The notes: generated from the sequence alone by a model not told the origin. DNA of 64,000 nucleotides from Candidatus Omnitrophota bacterium (GCA_030649895.1 JAUSEX010000052.1:80988-144987); one strand, 5' to 3'. Numbered from the stretch's first letter, positions 10,556 to 21,069 are shown. Numbers and translations are program-made.

Positions 10556-11272
10556 TTAAAGAAATACCTTTTTCATTAGCGGCACATCAATTCCATTGAT
10601 AATAGAAAAACTCTTATCGCCATAATTAAATAAAAGGTCTATTATTGACATGCAAGGCACAAATGGTTCATAAAGCTGTTTGTAAACTGGGTGATAAAAC
10701 TCCTGATAAGTTATTTTAATTCCTGCTTCTTCAAAATTTTCTAGATTCAAATAATCTTTCCCGGAAACTCCCGAGATATACGTTTCTGCTTTTAATTCCT
10801 TGCATATATTCAATATCAAATCACCTTTATGACCACTAGCTTCGAGAGAAGAGGAGAATACAAACCCTGTTTTTATATTTAAGGCTTGCATCAAATATCT
10901 AATAAACTCCAGGTTCATGTCCAAAAGAAAATTAAAATCTTTCAGATAAATCTCCTGCAAGCTATCAAAATAATGATTAAAATATTTAGCCTTAGAATAG
11001 GCGGTAGATATACTTTTAATATTCCTTTTTTTCCACCTAGGGTCATCCCTGGAAATCTTAACATCTTTAATCAGCGAACTATTCCTCGGTTCTTTGACTA
11101 CCGGAACAGAGACATACTGCGTTCCTGAGCATGTCCTTATCCGATTTCTATTTTGAAAATATCTTCTCCTGTATTGAACATCATCTAAAATCACATAAAC
11201 ATCTGCTATTGCTATTTTATGAAAGAATCCCAGCCACGGCAAATGCTCTGGCTGATGAATGGTTATCTTCAT
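10556..11272 (-). CDS. WbqC-family protein
   Basis: IHQPEHLPWLGFFHK, DDVQY, QNRNRI, YISGVSGKDY, SIIDLLFN. Confidence 0.9.
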   Translation of the reverse strand: MKITIHQPEHLPWLGFFHKIAIADVYVILDDVQYRRRYFQNRNRIRTCSGTQYVSVPVVKEPRNSSLIKDVKISRDDPRWKKRNIKSISTAYSKAKYFNHYFDSLQEIYLKDFNFLLDMNLEFIRYLMQALNIKTGFVFSSSLEASGHKGDLILNICKELKAETYISGVSGKDYLNLENFEEAGIKITYQEFYHPVYKQLYEPFVPCMSIIDLLFNYGDKSFSIINGIDVPLMKKVFL

Positions 11273-11274
11273 GA

Positions 11275-11901
11275 TTATTCTTTATGCCGCGAACTTTCTA
11301 ACAATATCTTTTCTGCTGCCCAAAAATCAAACTCATCATCTATCTCTACGTTTTCCTGACGGCTAATTATTTTCCTGCCAAGCTTTTTGCCATATTGATC
11401 GCCTTGCTTAATAAGGCTTGCCTTAATTACATACACATTTCCATCGTCATAAAAAAATCCGTTAATATCCTGCCTTCTTAACTGGTTTTTTCCGTATTCA
11501 ATGTATTTACACATAAAACCTGTGGCAAGAGAATCGTAATTATTATCCTTAAATTCTTTTATACATTCATCTACAAGCCCTTCGTTTCTTATGGGGGAGG
11601 TGGCTTGAAGAAGAACTACTATATCGCAAGGAATTTGTTTTATCACATGCTGAAGAACGCTCAAGGTGCTGGCTTCATCACTTGCCAGTTCAGGCGGACG
11701 ATAAAGAGCTTCTGTGTCATAACCCTTTGCAACCTTTGCTATACCCTTGTCTTCAGTAGAGATGATATATCTATCTAGCATGGTTGCCTTCTTCGCTGAT
11801 TCTATAGTCCACGCGATTAAAGGCCTGCCAGCAATCAATTTGATGTTCTTTTTAGGTATTCCTTTACTTCCACCCCGCGCCGGGGTAATACCAAGTATCA
11901 T
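11275..11901 (-). CDS. neuA: Acylneuraminate cytidylyltransferase (NeuA family, short)
   Basis: PARGGSKGIPKKN, STED, LQATSPIR, RRQD, EIDDEFD. Confidence 0.9.
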   Translation of the reverse strand: MILGITPARGGSKGIPKKNIKLIAGRPLIAWTIESAKKATMLDRYIISTEDKGIAKVAKGYDTEALYRPPELASDEASTLSVLQHVIKQIPCDIVVLLQATSPIRNEGLVDECIKEFKDNNYDSLATGFMCKYIEYGKNQLRRQDINGFFYDDGNVYVIKASLIKQGDQYGKKLGRKIISRQENVEIDDEFDFWAAEKILLESSRHKE

Positions 11902-11922
11902 CTTATCCCCATTTCTGTCCTT

Positions 11923-13278
11923 TTATATGTAATCTCCAAATCCAGCTGCCGTCTCTGTTAACATTTCCCTTGCTTTCAATAAATCATCATTTGACATATC
12001 GCTTATATTTACATAAGGCCGAACATGCATAGCTCCTAAGTTCATCGCATATCTATGTTCATCTCGAATAAAACTGCTTTTTATTGCTTCGTCATAAAGG
12101 ATGGTTCCAGGAAACAGTGTAAGAATATTTATCGCGGCGTTGTTTAACTTTAATTGCCTGATAAACCGTTCTGTTTCTTTAACCGTACCCCAGTTTTCAC
12201 CAGGTCCGCCCACAATAAATGTACAATGAATGTCAATCAGATTCTTTATAGACTTAAGATTTAAAATAGCCTTTTTTATATCAAGATTTTTATCATAACG
12301 ATTGAGCATATCCTGGCTTCCAGATTCAATTCCGAAAGAAATATCAAAAAGACCTACTTCTGCCATTCTCTCCACCATTTCCATGGAAATTCTATCTGCT
12401 CTTCCCTGAAACCGCCATTTGAATTCTCCAGGATACTTGTTCTTTAATAGGGAAATAAATTCTTCTATGCTTCTTGGACTATTTAAGAAATTATCATCAA
12501 CAAAGTTAAACCTCTCAATACCATAGTTCTCTTTGACATAAAGCATGTGTTTTATTATTAATTCTGGCGAGTAGCAAGTAATCCTTTTCCCAAAAGTTAA
12601 TTTACAAAATCTACACCTCCCATAACATCCTCTTGAAGCAGATATCTCCCAGCATCTTCCAGAGTTTTTTAAATAACTGATGTACTTTTCTATGGGGAAA
12701 GCCTCATAAAAAGGAAGTAGCGCTGCGTTTAAATTCATCATTCTGTCTCGTTCGCCGGTAAAAATAATTTTTCCTCCTTCTTTAAAATAAATTCCCCTCA
12801 CGCTTCTTACTTGCTCTTTGATAAAATTTTTTTCAATAACATCTAGCAATTCAACAATAGTTAATTCTCCTTCGCCTTTGACGACAAAATCAATTAATGT
12901 ATGCGAAATTAATAACTCAGGTATGGTAGTAGCCATTGGCCCGCCAATAATTATAAAAATGTTTCTGTTTATTTTTTTAATCTTTTTTGCAATTTCTATG
13001 CAGAATCGATAACTATAATTGCCTAAAAATCCTGACAATAGCACTACGTCTGGCAATAACTTTTCGACTCTTTTTAAAAAGCCGCCAGTCGTACCGTTAA
13101 CATAACTGTCGTAGACATCATAATCCCATCTTTTTTCTTTTAGCACTGCGGCAATAATCCCAAGACCTATAGGAAAATGCAGCGTAGAAAACCTTTGCAC
13201 AAGAGAGCGCTTTTGATAGCCCTCAAAATGAGGCTTTAAATTAGCTATCATAATTCTTAATGTTTTTAAGCTCTCCAT
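11923..13278 (-). CDS. Cobalamin-binding radical SAM enzyme
   Basis: PIGLG, IGGPMAT, GEGE, SRGCYGRCRFC, FVDDNF, GIESGS. Confidence 0.9.
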   Translation of the reverse strand: MESLKTLRIMIANLKPHFEGYQKRSLVQRFSTLHFPIGLGIIAAVLKEKRWDYDVYDSYVNGTTGGFLKRVEKLLPDVVLLSGFLGNYSYRFCIEIAKKIKKINRNIFIIIGGPMATTIPELLISHTLIDFVVKGEGELTIVELLDVIEKNFIKEQVRSVRGIYFKEGGKIIFTGERDRMMNLNAALLPFYEAFPIEKYISYLKNSGRCWEISASRGCYGRCRFCKLTFGKRITCYSPELIIKHMLYVKENYGIERFNFVDDNFLNSPRSIEEFISLLKNKYPGEFKWRFQGRADRISMEMVERMAEVGLFDISFGIESGSQDMLNRYDKNLDIKKAILNLKSIKNLIDIHCTFIVGGPGENWGTVKETERFIRQLKLNNAAINILTLFPGTILYDEAIKSSFIRDEHRYAMNLGAMHVRPYVNISDMSNDDLLKAREMLTETAAGFGDYI

Positions 13279-13934
13279 TTCTTCCTTATAACCATAAATG
13301 CCTCTGCGTATTTAAATCCAATCTCAATCCCTCTTTTTTTAGCTAAAACCTTTAAGGCCTCTTTTGAACGCGGATGAGGGTAAGCCCTTTTTTCTGTTTC
13401 ATAACATTTAAATGCCTTTATTTTCTTATCAATATATTTTGCGATATCCACATAATAGTTTGGCAAAAATATATTTTCAGGCAATGGCGGAGATTGGTCT
13501 GTAGAGGAAGGGACTTCATACATGTAGATGCTATTGATGAATGGCGTAGCTATCGACCTCAAAACAACCCTAGCCGCGTCAAACACTGCCCTGTGGTCTT
13601 GGTTATTGTCATTCAAGAAGGGGATATAGACAACGGATGGCTTTATTTTATTTACATATTTCTCAAGTAAAATTATGATATCCTGAATAGATGCGTCTAG
13701 TCGTTCATCGTTTAAATCAAAAAATACAAGTTCTCTGTAACCAAGCGCATCTTTTGCCTTAATGGCGTGCTGCCTTTCAATCTCATTCTTGGCTCTGTCA
13801 AAATGATGATTATATACCCTGTTAGCTATGAAAGAGACGAAAACATTATCTTTTTCCCCTATATGCCTAGCTATTGTCCCCCCGCATCCAAGAACCTCAT
13901 CGTCCATATGCGGAGCTATTATCAATATATTCAT
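13266..13934 (-). CDS. PIG-L/LmbE-family N-deacetylase
   Basis: APHMDDEVLGCGG, QDH, YEVPSST, HPRS, AEAF. Confidence 0.9.
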   Translation of the reverse strand: MNILIIAPHMDDEVLGCGGTIARHIGEKDNVFVSFIANRVYNHHFDRAKNEIERQHAIKAKDALGYRELVFFDLNDERLDASIQDIIILLEKYVNKIKPSVVYIPFLNDNNQDHRAVFDAARVVLRSIATPFINSIYMYEVPSSTDQSPPLPENIFLPNYYVDIAKYIDKKIKAFKCYETEKRAYPHPRSKEALKVLAKKRGIEIGFKYAEAFMVIRKKWRA

Positions 13935-13937
13935 AGG

Positions 13938-14882
13938 TTATCTCTCCAGAAGTTCGTCTATCTTCTTCTTATCTAAATTCCTACTGGATTCTCTTTCTTT
14001 ATACCACTCTATATATTTGGATAATCCTTTTTCAAAGCTAACCTTAGGCCGCCATCCCAATTCCTTTTTTGCCAACTCGCATGAAACTTCTTTGCCGGAA
14101 AAGTCTCCCGGCCTGCCAGGGATATGCTCAATCCTGACATTGCCTAAAATCTTCTGGATGCTTTCTGCTATCTGCTTGATTGTAATCTTTTCATTCCCAT
14201 CCAGATTATAAATTTTATTCCTGGCTGTTGATTTCAAGGCCATGACATTGCCTTCAGCAAGGTCTTCCACATATATGAATTTTCTGAATTGCGAGCCATC
14301 TCCCGCGATTGTAATAGGTTTTCCATTTAACGCCTTCTCTACGAATATAGGTATGACCGCTCCGTCCCTTGCCCTTGGGCCGTATGGTATGCCATATCTC
14401 AAAATAGTTACGTCCAGGCCGTATAATTTACTATAGGTCTGGCAGTAATATTCTCCAGCCAATTTAGTAGCCGTGTAAAAATGAGAAGGCGCATGAAGCG
14501 GAGTTGACTCAGTAACCCTGTCTTCACTTGCTTCGCTGTAAACCCAAGTAGTGCTTCCATAAATCATTTTATTTACTTTTGAGCATCGCACAGCCTCAAG
14601 TACATTTATAGTCCCTCTCACGTTTATTGATTCCGCGTAATAAGGGTCCTCAAAAACATCCTTGACGTCTGCCACCGCGGCAAGATGCATTACCGCGTCT
14701 ACACCGCTCATCGCAAAACCCAAAGCCGCCCTATCCAAAATGCTTCCTTGATAAAATTCTATGTCTTTTCTAAAAGTGGGTATGACAACATCATAAACCC
14801 TGACCTCTATTGCCTTATCTCTCAGCTTATCGACCACATGCGAACCAATAAATCCCGAGCCTCCAGTAACCAAAACCTTCAT
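13938..14882 (-). CDS. NAD-dependent nucleotide-sugar epimerase/dehydratase
   Basis: MKVLVTGGSGFIGSH (start 14882, ATGA overlap), HLAA, YTATK, RPGD. Confidence 0.9.
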   Translation of the reverse strand: MKVLVTGGSGFIGSHVVDKLRDKAIEVRVYDVVIPTFRKDIEFYQGSILDRAALGFAMSGVDAVMHLAAVADVKDVFEDPYYAESINVRGTINVLEAVRCSKVNKMIYGSTTWVYSEASEDRVTESTPLHAPSHFYTATKLAGEYYCQTYSKLYGLDVTILRYGIPYGPRARDGAVIPIFVEKALNGKPITIAGDGSQFRKFIYVEDLAEGNVMALKSTARNKIYNLDGNEKITIKQIAESIQKILGNVRIEHIPGRPGDFSGKEVSCELAKKELGWRPKVSFEKGLSKYIEWYKERESSRNLDKKKIDELLER

Positions 14883-15853
14883 ATTAAATCCCCCTTGTAG
14901 TATAACGGTACGCACCAATGATTCTTCGCTACCCAGTCTGTATCAGGCAGTTCATACGCCTTTTTAAGAATCTTATGGCATGGCGCGTCATATACCTTGC
15001 CTGTAGAATTTTCTATCGGTTCAAAGACTATGTATTTATAATACCCTGAGACCATGCCTTCGGGTAAAACAACTCTCTTTTTAAATTTAGAATCAAGATG
15101 TTTTTTCACGTAACTGTTCTTCCATTCCGTAATCTCATCCAAACTATCTATCTGAGCGCAGCCGATAGCCGCCGTAAATTCGTTCATCCTGAAATTCAGG
15201 CCTTTGACATTGTATTCGAATTTTCCATAGTTCCTGAACTTGCGGGCAAAATCCGCAAGATCTTTGTTTTTGGTTACCAGCATCCCGCCTTCACCAGTAG
15301 TGATGGTTTTGGTCGCGTAAAACGAATAAACCCCCGCGTCTCCGAATATGCCGGGCCTCCTGCCGTTCCAGGACGCGCCATGGCTATGGGCGCAATCTTC
15401 AAGCAGAATAATGCCTTTATCTTTACAGTACGACGCGATTTCGTTTACCTGAAACGCTATATGGCCTCCTATATGGACTAACCAGACCGCGGAAGGCCTG
15501 TATTTTTTTATTTTTTCTTTCAGGTCATCAAAATTCACGCATAAATCAAATTTATTGCAATCTACAAATTCCACATTACATTCGAGATGCATGTTAACCA
15601 ACGGCGTAGCCATAAACGTATTAGATGGGCAGAGGATAACTTTTTTTCTCAAGTTATAATATTCCAATGCCGCCAGGCTAGCCCCTGCCCAGCTGCTAAA
15701 AGCTACAGCATAGGCATTATTCCATTTTGCCCATTTTTCTTCAAAGAGTTCTGTAAATTTTCCTTCTGACCATCTATTTTCTTTCATTATCTCTTCGAAA
15801 TAAGAAAATATCTTATCCTTATCTCTTTTATCGAATCCGATTGTAAATTTCAT
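14879..15853 (-). CDS. DegT/DnrJ-family PLP sugar aminotransferase (short variant)
   Basis: EDCAHSHG, SFYATK, GEGGM, GLNFRM. Confidence 0.9.
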   Translation of the reverse strand: MKFTIGFDKRDKDKIFSYFEEIMKENRWSEGKFTELFEEKWAKWNNAYAVAFSSWAGASLAALEYYNLRKKVILCPSNTFMATPLVNMHLECNVEFVDCNKFDLCVNFDDLKEKIKKYRPSAVWLVHIGGHIAFQVNEIASYCKDKGIILLEDCAHSHGASWNGRRPGIFGDAGVYSFYATKTITTGEGGMLVTKNKDLADFARKFRNYGKFEYNVKGLNFRMNEFTAAIGCAQIDSLDEITEWKNSYVKKHLDSKFKKRVVLPEGMVSGYYKYIVFEPIENSTGKVYDAPCHKILKKAYELPDTDWVAKNHWCVPLYYKGDLI

Positions 15854-16398
15854 TTTTCCGCACCTTTATTGAATTTCTTTTTTATCAATCCGCCGCCCAA
15901 TAGTTTGTTCAGCACGCCAGAATTATACAGGTTGAATAATACCTGAGCCTGGGTGTAAAAATTTTTCAGTTTATCCAAACGTTCCTTTAATACCTTTACC
16001 CCTTCTTCTTTCCCGTTTTTTAAATCAACGGAATCAAGGACGTCATATGAAGATTTTAATATATCGTCTATTTCCAGAAGCCGCCTTTCGGCCATGGATT
16101 TAAAGCTCTCCATTATCACCTTGGTAATATCCATCTCTGCCTCATAATAATCTTTTCTTGAGCCTTTAACCCAAACCTTTCTTACAACGCCGTATCTTTC
16201 AAGCGCCCTTATATTGATGCTCACGCTTGCTTTGCTGATCTTAAGCCTTTCTGACATCTCATCAAGTGATAATGGGGCTTTGCTCAGGTAAGACAGGGCA
16301 TAAAGCTGCGCCATAATGTTATTAAGCCCGAATTTGTTACATATATGATTTATCTTTCCTAAAAAAACATCCTGCACATCTGTCAAATTTTTACTCAT
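15850..16398 (-). CDS. GbsR/MarR-family transcriptional regulator
   Basis: FGLNNIMAQLY, LSLDEM..RLKISKASVS..IRALE, GSRKDYYEAE. Confidence 0.85.
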   Translation of the reverse strand: MSKNLTDVQDVFLGKINHICNKFGLNNIMAQLYALSYLSKAPLSLDEMSERLKISKASVSINIRALERYGVVRKVWVKGSRKDYYEAEMDITKVIMESFKSMAERRLLEIDDILKSSYDVLDSVDLKNGKEEGVKVLKERLDKLKNFYTQAQVLFNLYNSGVLNKLLGGGLIKKKFNKGAEK

Positions 16399-16421
16399 AT
16401 TTTTTCCTTCGTTTTTAATGC

Positions 16422-16448
16422 GTTTACAACGTTTAAAATCTTCTAAAC
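16422..16448. promoter_or_regulatory. Imperfect palindrome, candidate operator for the GbsR/MarR regulator
   Basis: gtttacaacgtttaaaatcttctaaac; about 10/14 self-complementary; lies just downstream of the -10 box. Confidence 0.45.
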
Positions 16449-16449
16449 A

Positions 16450-16479
16450 ATAATAACACCATACAACTATTCATGTCAA
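16450..16479 (-). promoter_or_regulatory. Sigma70-type promoter for the regulator-led sub-operon
   Basis: Minus strand TTGACA (16479-16474) - 18 nt - TATTAT (16455-16450), with extended TGn. Confidence 0.65.
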
Positions 16480-16601
16480 CAAAATAACTATTTAATTAAC
16501 TCTTAAACGGCGCGCGCTAAAGTGCGGATTTTTATGATTTTCTGTTAAAAATTAAGCTGTAGGGAAAATTTCTGGGAAAGAATTTTTTAATACCACATTG
16601 C

Positions 16602-17666
16602 CTATGCGCCTACCTTCTTTATTATTTCAAGAAAGTTAGAGCTATTTACTTTTAAAGAAAACTTATCCTCCACTGTTTTCCTGCCTTCAAGGCCGATATT
16701 TTTTCTCAAATTAGAATCTTCCATCAGTTTAGATATTTTATCTATCCATTCTTCTTCTCTTCTTACCAGATAGCCATTTACGCCATCTTTTATTATATCT
16801 CTGTTCGCGCCTACATCCGACACTACACACGGAACGCCAACGCTCATATACTGGATTGTCTTGAAAGGAGTCTTTGCCTTAGCCCATTCATCATTAAGTA
16901 TAGGATACACCCCTATATCTATGCTCTGAAAATTTTCCACTTCTTTATCCAAAGACCATTCTTCATTCATTACATTAATTCCATCTATGGTAACCTTAGT
17001 GCCGCCGCCCACTATTTTTAACGTAAATTTATGGCGCACGTAAATCTTTTTAAAAACATCTTTCAGCGCAAGTAAAAAAGGCAATGTTGTATGGCTGCCT
17101 ATCCATCCTATAGTTACCACATCTTTATTACCGGCCCCGGAAGCCCTGGGCATGAATTTATCAATATCAATAGATGTGGGTATTACCGTGATATTTTTGT
17201 TATACGGCTCTAAAAACACTTTCATATAATTATTGCACACTATGACATGCCTACTCATCGTGACGATCTTGAAAAATTTGGACGGATTCTTGAAAAAATT
17301 ACTTATCCCTTTGCGCGGAAGATATATGGCATCTTCGAAATCAAAAATGATAGGCTTTTTCAGTTTGAAGAAAAACCACTCTATAAACGGAGGCCCAAGA
17401 GGAAACGCTTCGATATGTATGAAAACTACATCATGCCTTAATGCCCGGAATATGTCCAAAAATCTGTTGAAAGAGCTCTGAAAAAAATATATTGTTTTTA
17501 ATAACCATTTCCCTTTTTTATAAAATATGCTGTAAAATTTTGAACTCATAAAAGGCCGAAGTGTAAAATCAATATTGGCAGCGGTTAAATAAGGAAGATA
17601 CTGTTCTACCCTGTATCTATTGCTCGGCCCTTCTGTCGGATAAGGCACTAAAAATAAAACTCTCAT
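16602..17666 (-). CDS. Glycosyltransferase family 4
   Basis: SNRYRVEQY, DFEDAIY, IGWIGS, KTIQYM, SDVGAN, GVNG. Confidence 0.9.
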   Translation of the reverse strand: MRVLFLVPYPTEGPSNRYRVEQYLPYLTAANIDFTLRPFMSSKFYSIFYKKGKWLLKTIYFFQSSFNRFLDIFRALRHDVVFIHIEAFPLGPPFIEWFFFKLKKPIIFDFEDAIYLPRKGISNFFKNPSKFFKIVTMSRHVIVCNNYMKVFLEPYNKNITVIPTSIDIDKFMPRASGAGNKDVVTIGWIGSHTTLPFLLALKDVFKKIYVRHKFTLKIVGGGTKVTIDGINVMNEEWSLDKEVENFQSIDIGVYPILNDEWAKAKTPFKTIQYMSVGVPCVVSDVGANRDIIKDGVNGYLVRREEEWIDKISKLMEDSNLRKNIGLEGRKTVEDKFSLKVNSSNFLEIIKKVGA

Positions 17667-18949
17667 CTTTGCCTGACCTCTTTCGCAACCCTTTTACCAT
17701 CCAGGACCGCATCATGCATCCATTGATATTCCCATTTTCCATAACGGCCTGCGAGAAATACATCAAACCTTTTAAGATAACTGCTTATTATTTTCATATT
17801 CGCGTTGCGGTTATGGTCATAAATAGGATATCCGTATTTTACATCCCTGACATCAATAAGCTCTATCTCGCCCTTTTTCTTCAGGATTTTTGCCCTGATA
17901 AGATCTTTGACAACCTTGTTTGTCATATCCTGTTTATTTATACGCCCTGAATATGCTATCTCAGCTGTAATAGAAGATTTGTTTGAAGGCGCTAAATTAT
18001 TACAGAAATTTTTTGGAAAGCTTATCCTGAAAAACGAATAATCCTTTTCGGGATAATATATCCAGTGAGATTTATGTATGCTGGATTTTCCGACTCCCAG
18101 GTTAACGCATAATATAGAATTGCATCTTAATCCTCTTACCGCGTCTATCACTTTGGAAGGCACATTATCTTTTATTATGCGGAATAATTCCGGAACAGGA
18201 ATAGTGGCTATCAGCGACTTATATCCGGCAATAGGCCCATCCTCAAAAGTAATAACCTTATTCTTAAGAGACAGGCAAACCGCTTTTTTATTTAAAAAAA
18301 CTCTGTTGCTTATCTTTGGTAAAAATGCTTCTGGAATTTTTGATATACCGGCATTCAAGGGATATCTGAATGTGGCATTGGGCCCATATTCTTTTTCATA
18401 CAACCTGCTGGAACCTTCTATTACATCCTCCAGTTTTGGCAGAGGCACTCTGACATCAACCCAGTCCATAGTCATTTCCTTTGCTGGAACTGTCCAGAAT
18501 TTCTCGCTGTAAGGAAGATAGAAATGTTCCGCTATGCCCTTTCCGAATTTACCATAAACCCATTCTTCATAATCTCTGTATTTCTTCCGTCTATCCATCT
18601 TTCCGCAAGCATCCCTGAATCCATCTATGCAGTCTTTCTTAACGCCTGCAGGCAGGCCGAATGTATTTACCTGGAACGGATATTTCGTCATAACGCCGCT
18701 GGAATATATCCAGGCGGAGCGCTTTATTATATGAATCTTACAGTTCAGCTTATTTATCAGCAAATCCAGCACATACTTATCTTTTGTATGCAAAACATGT
18801 ATGCCAAGGTCAAATATAAAACCATCCGCTTTGGGAGATGCGCATGTGCCGCCAACCGCACCTTCTTTCTCATAGATAAATCCGCCGCCATGATAGGCGG
18901 CGCTCAAGCCGGTCAATCCTCCTCCTAAAATAATTATATCTTTATTCAT
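17663..18949 (-). CDS. FAD-dependent oxidoreductase (UDP-galactopyranose mutase/HemY-like)
   Basis: ILGGGLTGLSAA, FDLGIHVLH, FRYP, YGYP, GRYGKWEY. Confidence 0.8.
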   Translation of the reverse strand: MNKDIIILGGGLTGLSAAYHGGGFIYEKEGAVGGTCASPKADGFIFDLGIHVLHTKDKYVLDLLINKLNCKIHIIKRSAWIYSSGVMTKYPFQVNTFGLPAGVKKDCIDGFRDACGKMDRRKKYRDYEEWVYGKFGKGIAEHFYLPYSEKFWTVPAKEMTMDWVDVRVPLPKLEDVIEGSSRLYEKEYGPNATFRYPLNAGISKIPEAFLPKISNRVFLNKKAVCLSLKNKVITFEDGPIAGYKSLIATIPVPELFRIIKDNVPSKVIDAVRGLRCNSILCVNLGVGKSSIHKSHWIYYPEKDYSFFRISFPKNFCNNLAPSNKSSITAEIAYSGRINKQDMTNKVVKDLIRAKILKKKGEIELIDVRDVKYGYPIYDHNRNANMKIISSYLKRFDVFLAGRYGKWEYQWMHDAVLDGKRVAKEVRQR

Positions 18950-19835
18950 ATCGCTCTTTTATTTCTGATATATATTCCTTCAAGGCCTCTTGCCATGGCC
19001 TCATATGATTTAACCCAATCAATGTAAGCCTATGATTAGACAGCATCTCTGACCTGCCCCTTGGAGCCGGTAGAGGAAAGGCTTCACTAGTGATAGGTTT
19101 TATAGCCACATCTTTTTTACCTAGGTACTCTATTATTTTCTGAGCTATATCAAGCCTGGAACAGCTGCCTTTATTTGCCATATGGTAGAGGCCATATTTT
19201 TCTGTGGGCACAACAGATATTATCCCTTTTGAAAAATCCCTGGTAAACGTAGGGCTGCCAAATTTGTCCATCACGACCAGGATCTCTTTTTTTATTTTCG
19301 CCAGGTCTACTATTTTAGCTACAAATTTTTTATCCTTTTCATAACCTCCGATCATCCATCCTGCTCTAAAAATATAATATCTGTCCAAAAGAGACGCGAC
19401 TATCCGCTCCCCTTCAAATTTACTCTTTCCATACACGCTTATAGGATCAGGTTTATCTGATTCTATGTATGGTTCTGGTTTCTCGCCATTAAAAACACTG
19501 CCTGTGCTGATATAAACAAAAAGGGCATTAATATCTTTGGCCGCCAATGCCATATTCTCTGTCCCTCTTGCATTAGTCTCATAGGCATGTTCTGGTTTCA
19601 ACTCGCATTTATCCACATCTGTCTCCGCGGCTAAATGAAAAATAATATCCGGATTGATTCCCATGATAACCTTATGAACATCTGCCGCATCCGTGATATC
19701 CATAGGAAAAATCTGCTTATTGTCTATACCGTTTATATCCGTAAGATAGATATCATATCCTGCGTTTTTTAATAAAGGGTTGAACGCATCTGCCAGCATG
19801 CCATTTGCCCCGGTAACCAAAGCTCTCGTTTTCAT
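18942..19835 (-). CDS. rfbD: dTDP-4-dehydrorhamnose reductase
   Basis: TGANGML, AAETDVDKCE, YIST, YGKSK, GSPT, PAPR. Confidence 0.85.
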   Translation of the reverse strand: MKTRALVTGANGMLADAFNPLLKNAGYDIYLTDINGIDNKQIFPMDITDAADVHKVIMGINPDIIFHLAAETDVDKCELKPEHAYETNARGTENMALAAKDINALFVYISTGSVFNGEKPEPYIESDKPDPISVYGKSKFEGERIVASLLDRYYIFRAGWMIGGYEKDKKFVAKIVDLAKIKKEILVVMDKFGSPTFTRDFSKGIISVVPTEKYGLYHMANKGSCSRLDIAQKIIEYLGKKDVAIKPITSEAFPLPAPRGRSEMLSNHRLTLIGLNHMRPWQEALKEYISEIKERYE

Positions 19836-19836
19836 C

Positions 19837-21069
19837 TTAAAGCTCCGTTTTTTGAAAAACTTTATTATAAAGGCCTAAATATAAATGAGCCCCTCGCTCT
19901 AAAGAAAATAATCTTTCGGCTGTTTCTACGCATCTTTTTTTAACATCTCCATCATTACTATATTTTAATATCAGACTTGCGCCTTCTGCATACTCTTCTT
20001 TGGTAAAATTTCCCACCACAAAACCTATTTTATTTCGCTCAACTACTTCAGCCGTATCTCCTATACCCTTATTGATCAATACGGGCAGGCCGCAAGACAG
20101 ATATTCAGCAAATTTAGTCGGACATGAAGATCTCTTTGAAAAACATGGCTTGATAAAAAAAATACCGGCATCTGCCATGGATATATAAGCAGGCATATCC
20201 ATAGGGGTAACGCTTGTTATTGTAACATCGCTCAGAGAAAGCCTTTTCCTGATACAAGCGGCTTCAACTATATGCCTTCCTTCGTGAACTAAAAAATAAA
20301 AATGCGCGTTTGGAATAGCCTCTTTAGCACATGTAAAGAACTCCAGCATCTCCTCTACAAGATACCATGTCCCTAAAGATCCACTATATAAAAATACAAA
20401 TTTATCCTGAAGTCCGCATCTTTGTCTAAGATCCAAGTTGTATATAGGCCTAAATCTGTTCATATCCACGCAGGAAGGGATAACTGTCATTCTGTCTTTT
20501 TTGTGGACATTCCAGTTTTTAATATAAAAACTATCTTTAAGAAAAACGCGTATATTATCAGATAATACCACCACGCCGTCTGCATTCTTTAAAAATTTCT
20601 TTTCAAAATAAAGCGTCAATTTGTAAACAACACTGTTTTTATTCCACATCCCGCCGTCTACATATTCTTCCGCCATCAGGCCTCTTTCATCAAAAATAAA
20701 TTTTTTCCGTAATATTTTAGAAAGCGCATAGCCAATAGCTGCCGGAACAGTACTGCGGGCATGTATGATATTTATATCTTCTTTCAGGATGATAAAAATT
20801 CCAAAAAATATCCCTTGCAATATGTCAAATAAAGTAGCTGGAAAGGTGGGGCGCTTATGATAACGCAAACGATACCATTCTATTCCACGATCAGCTAAAT
20901 CTCGTTTTAGAATATCTATATTCACACTTGTATTCTTTTTCCGCGCTTTTTCAAAACTTAAAAGAGTTACCCCTACTCCTTCCGCAGACAAAACCCTTAG
21001 ATATGGAATCCCCTGAGATTGCATTAACGGCTCAGCGGCTCCGTTATAAGAAATAAATAAAGTTTTCAT
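19837..21069 (-). CDS. Glycosyltransferase family 4
   Basis: IHARS, FDERG, YSGSLGTWY, PTKFAEYLSCGLPV. Confidence 0.9.
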   Translation of the reverse strand: MKTLFISYNGAAEPLMQSQGIPYLRVLSAEGVGVTLLSFEKARKKNTSVNIDILKRDLADRGIEWYRLRYHKRPTFPATLFDILQGIFFGIFIILKEDINIIHARSTVPAAIGYALSKILRKKFIFDERGLMAEEYVDGGMWNKNSVVYKLTLYFEKKFLKNADGVVVLSDNIRVFLKDSFYIKNWNVHKKDRMTVIPSCVDMNRFRPIYNLDLRQRCGLQDKFVFLYSGSLGTWYLVEEMLEFFTCAKEAIPNAHFYFLVHEGRHIVEAACIRKRLSLSDVTITSVTPMDMPAYISMADAGIFFIKPCFSKRSSCPTKFAEYLSCGLPVLINKGIGDTAEVVERNKIGFVVGNFTKEEYAEGASLILKYSNDGDVKKRCVETAERLFSLERGAHLYLGLYNKVFQKTEL

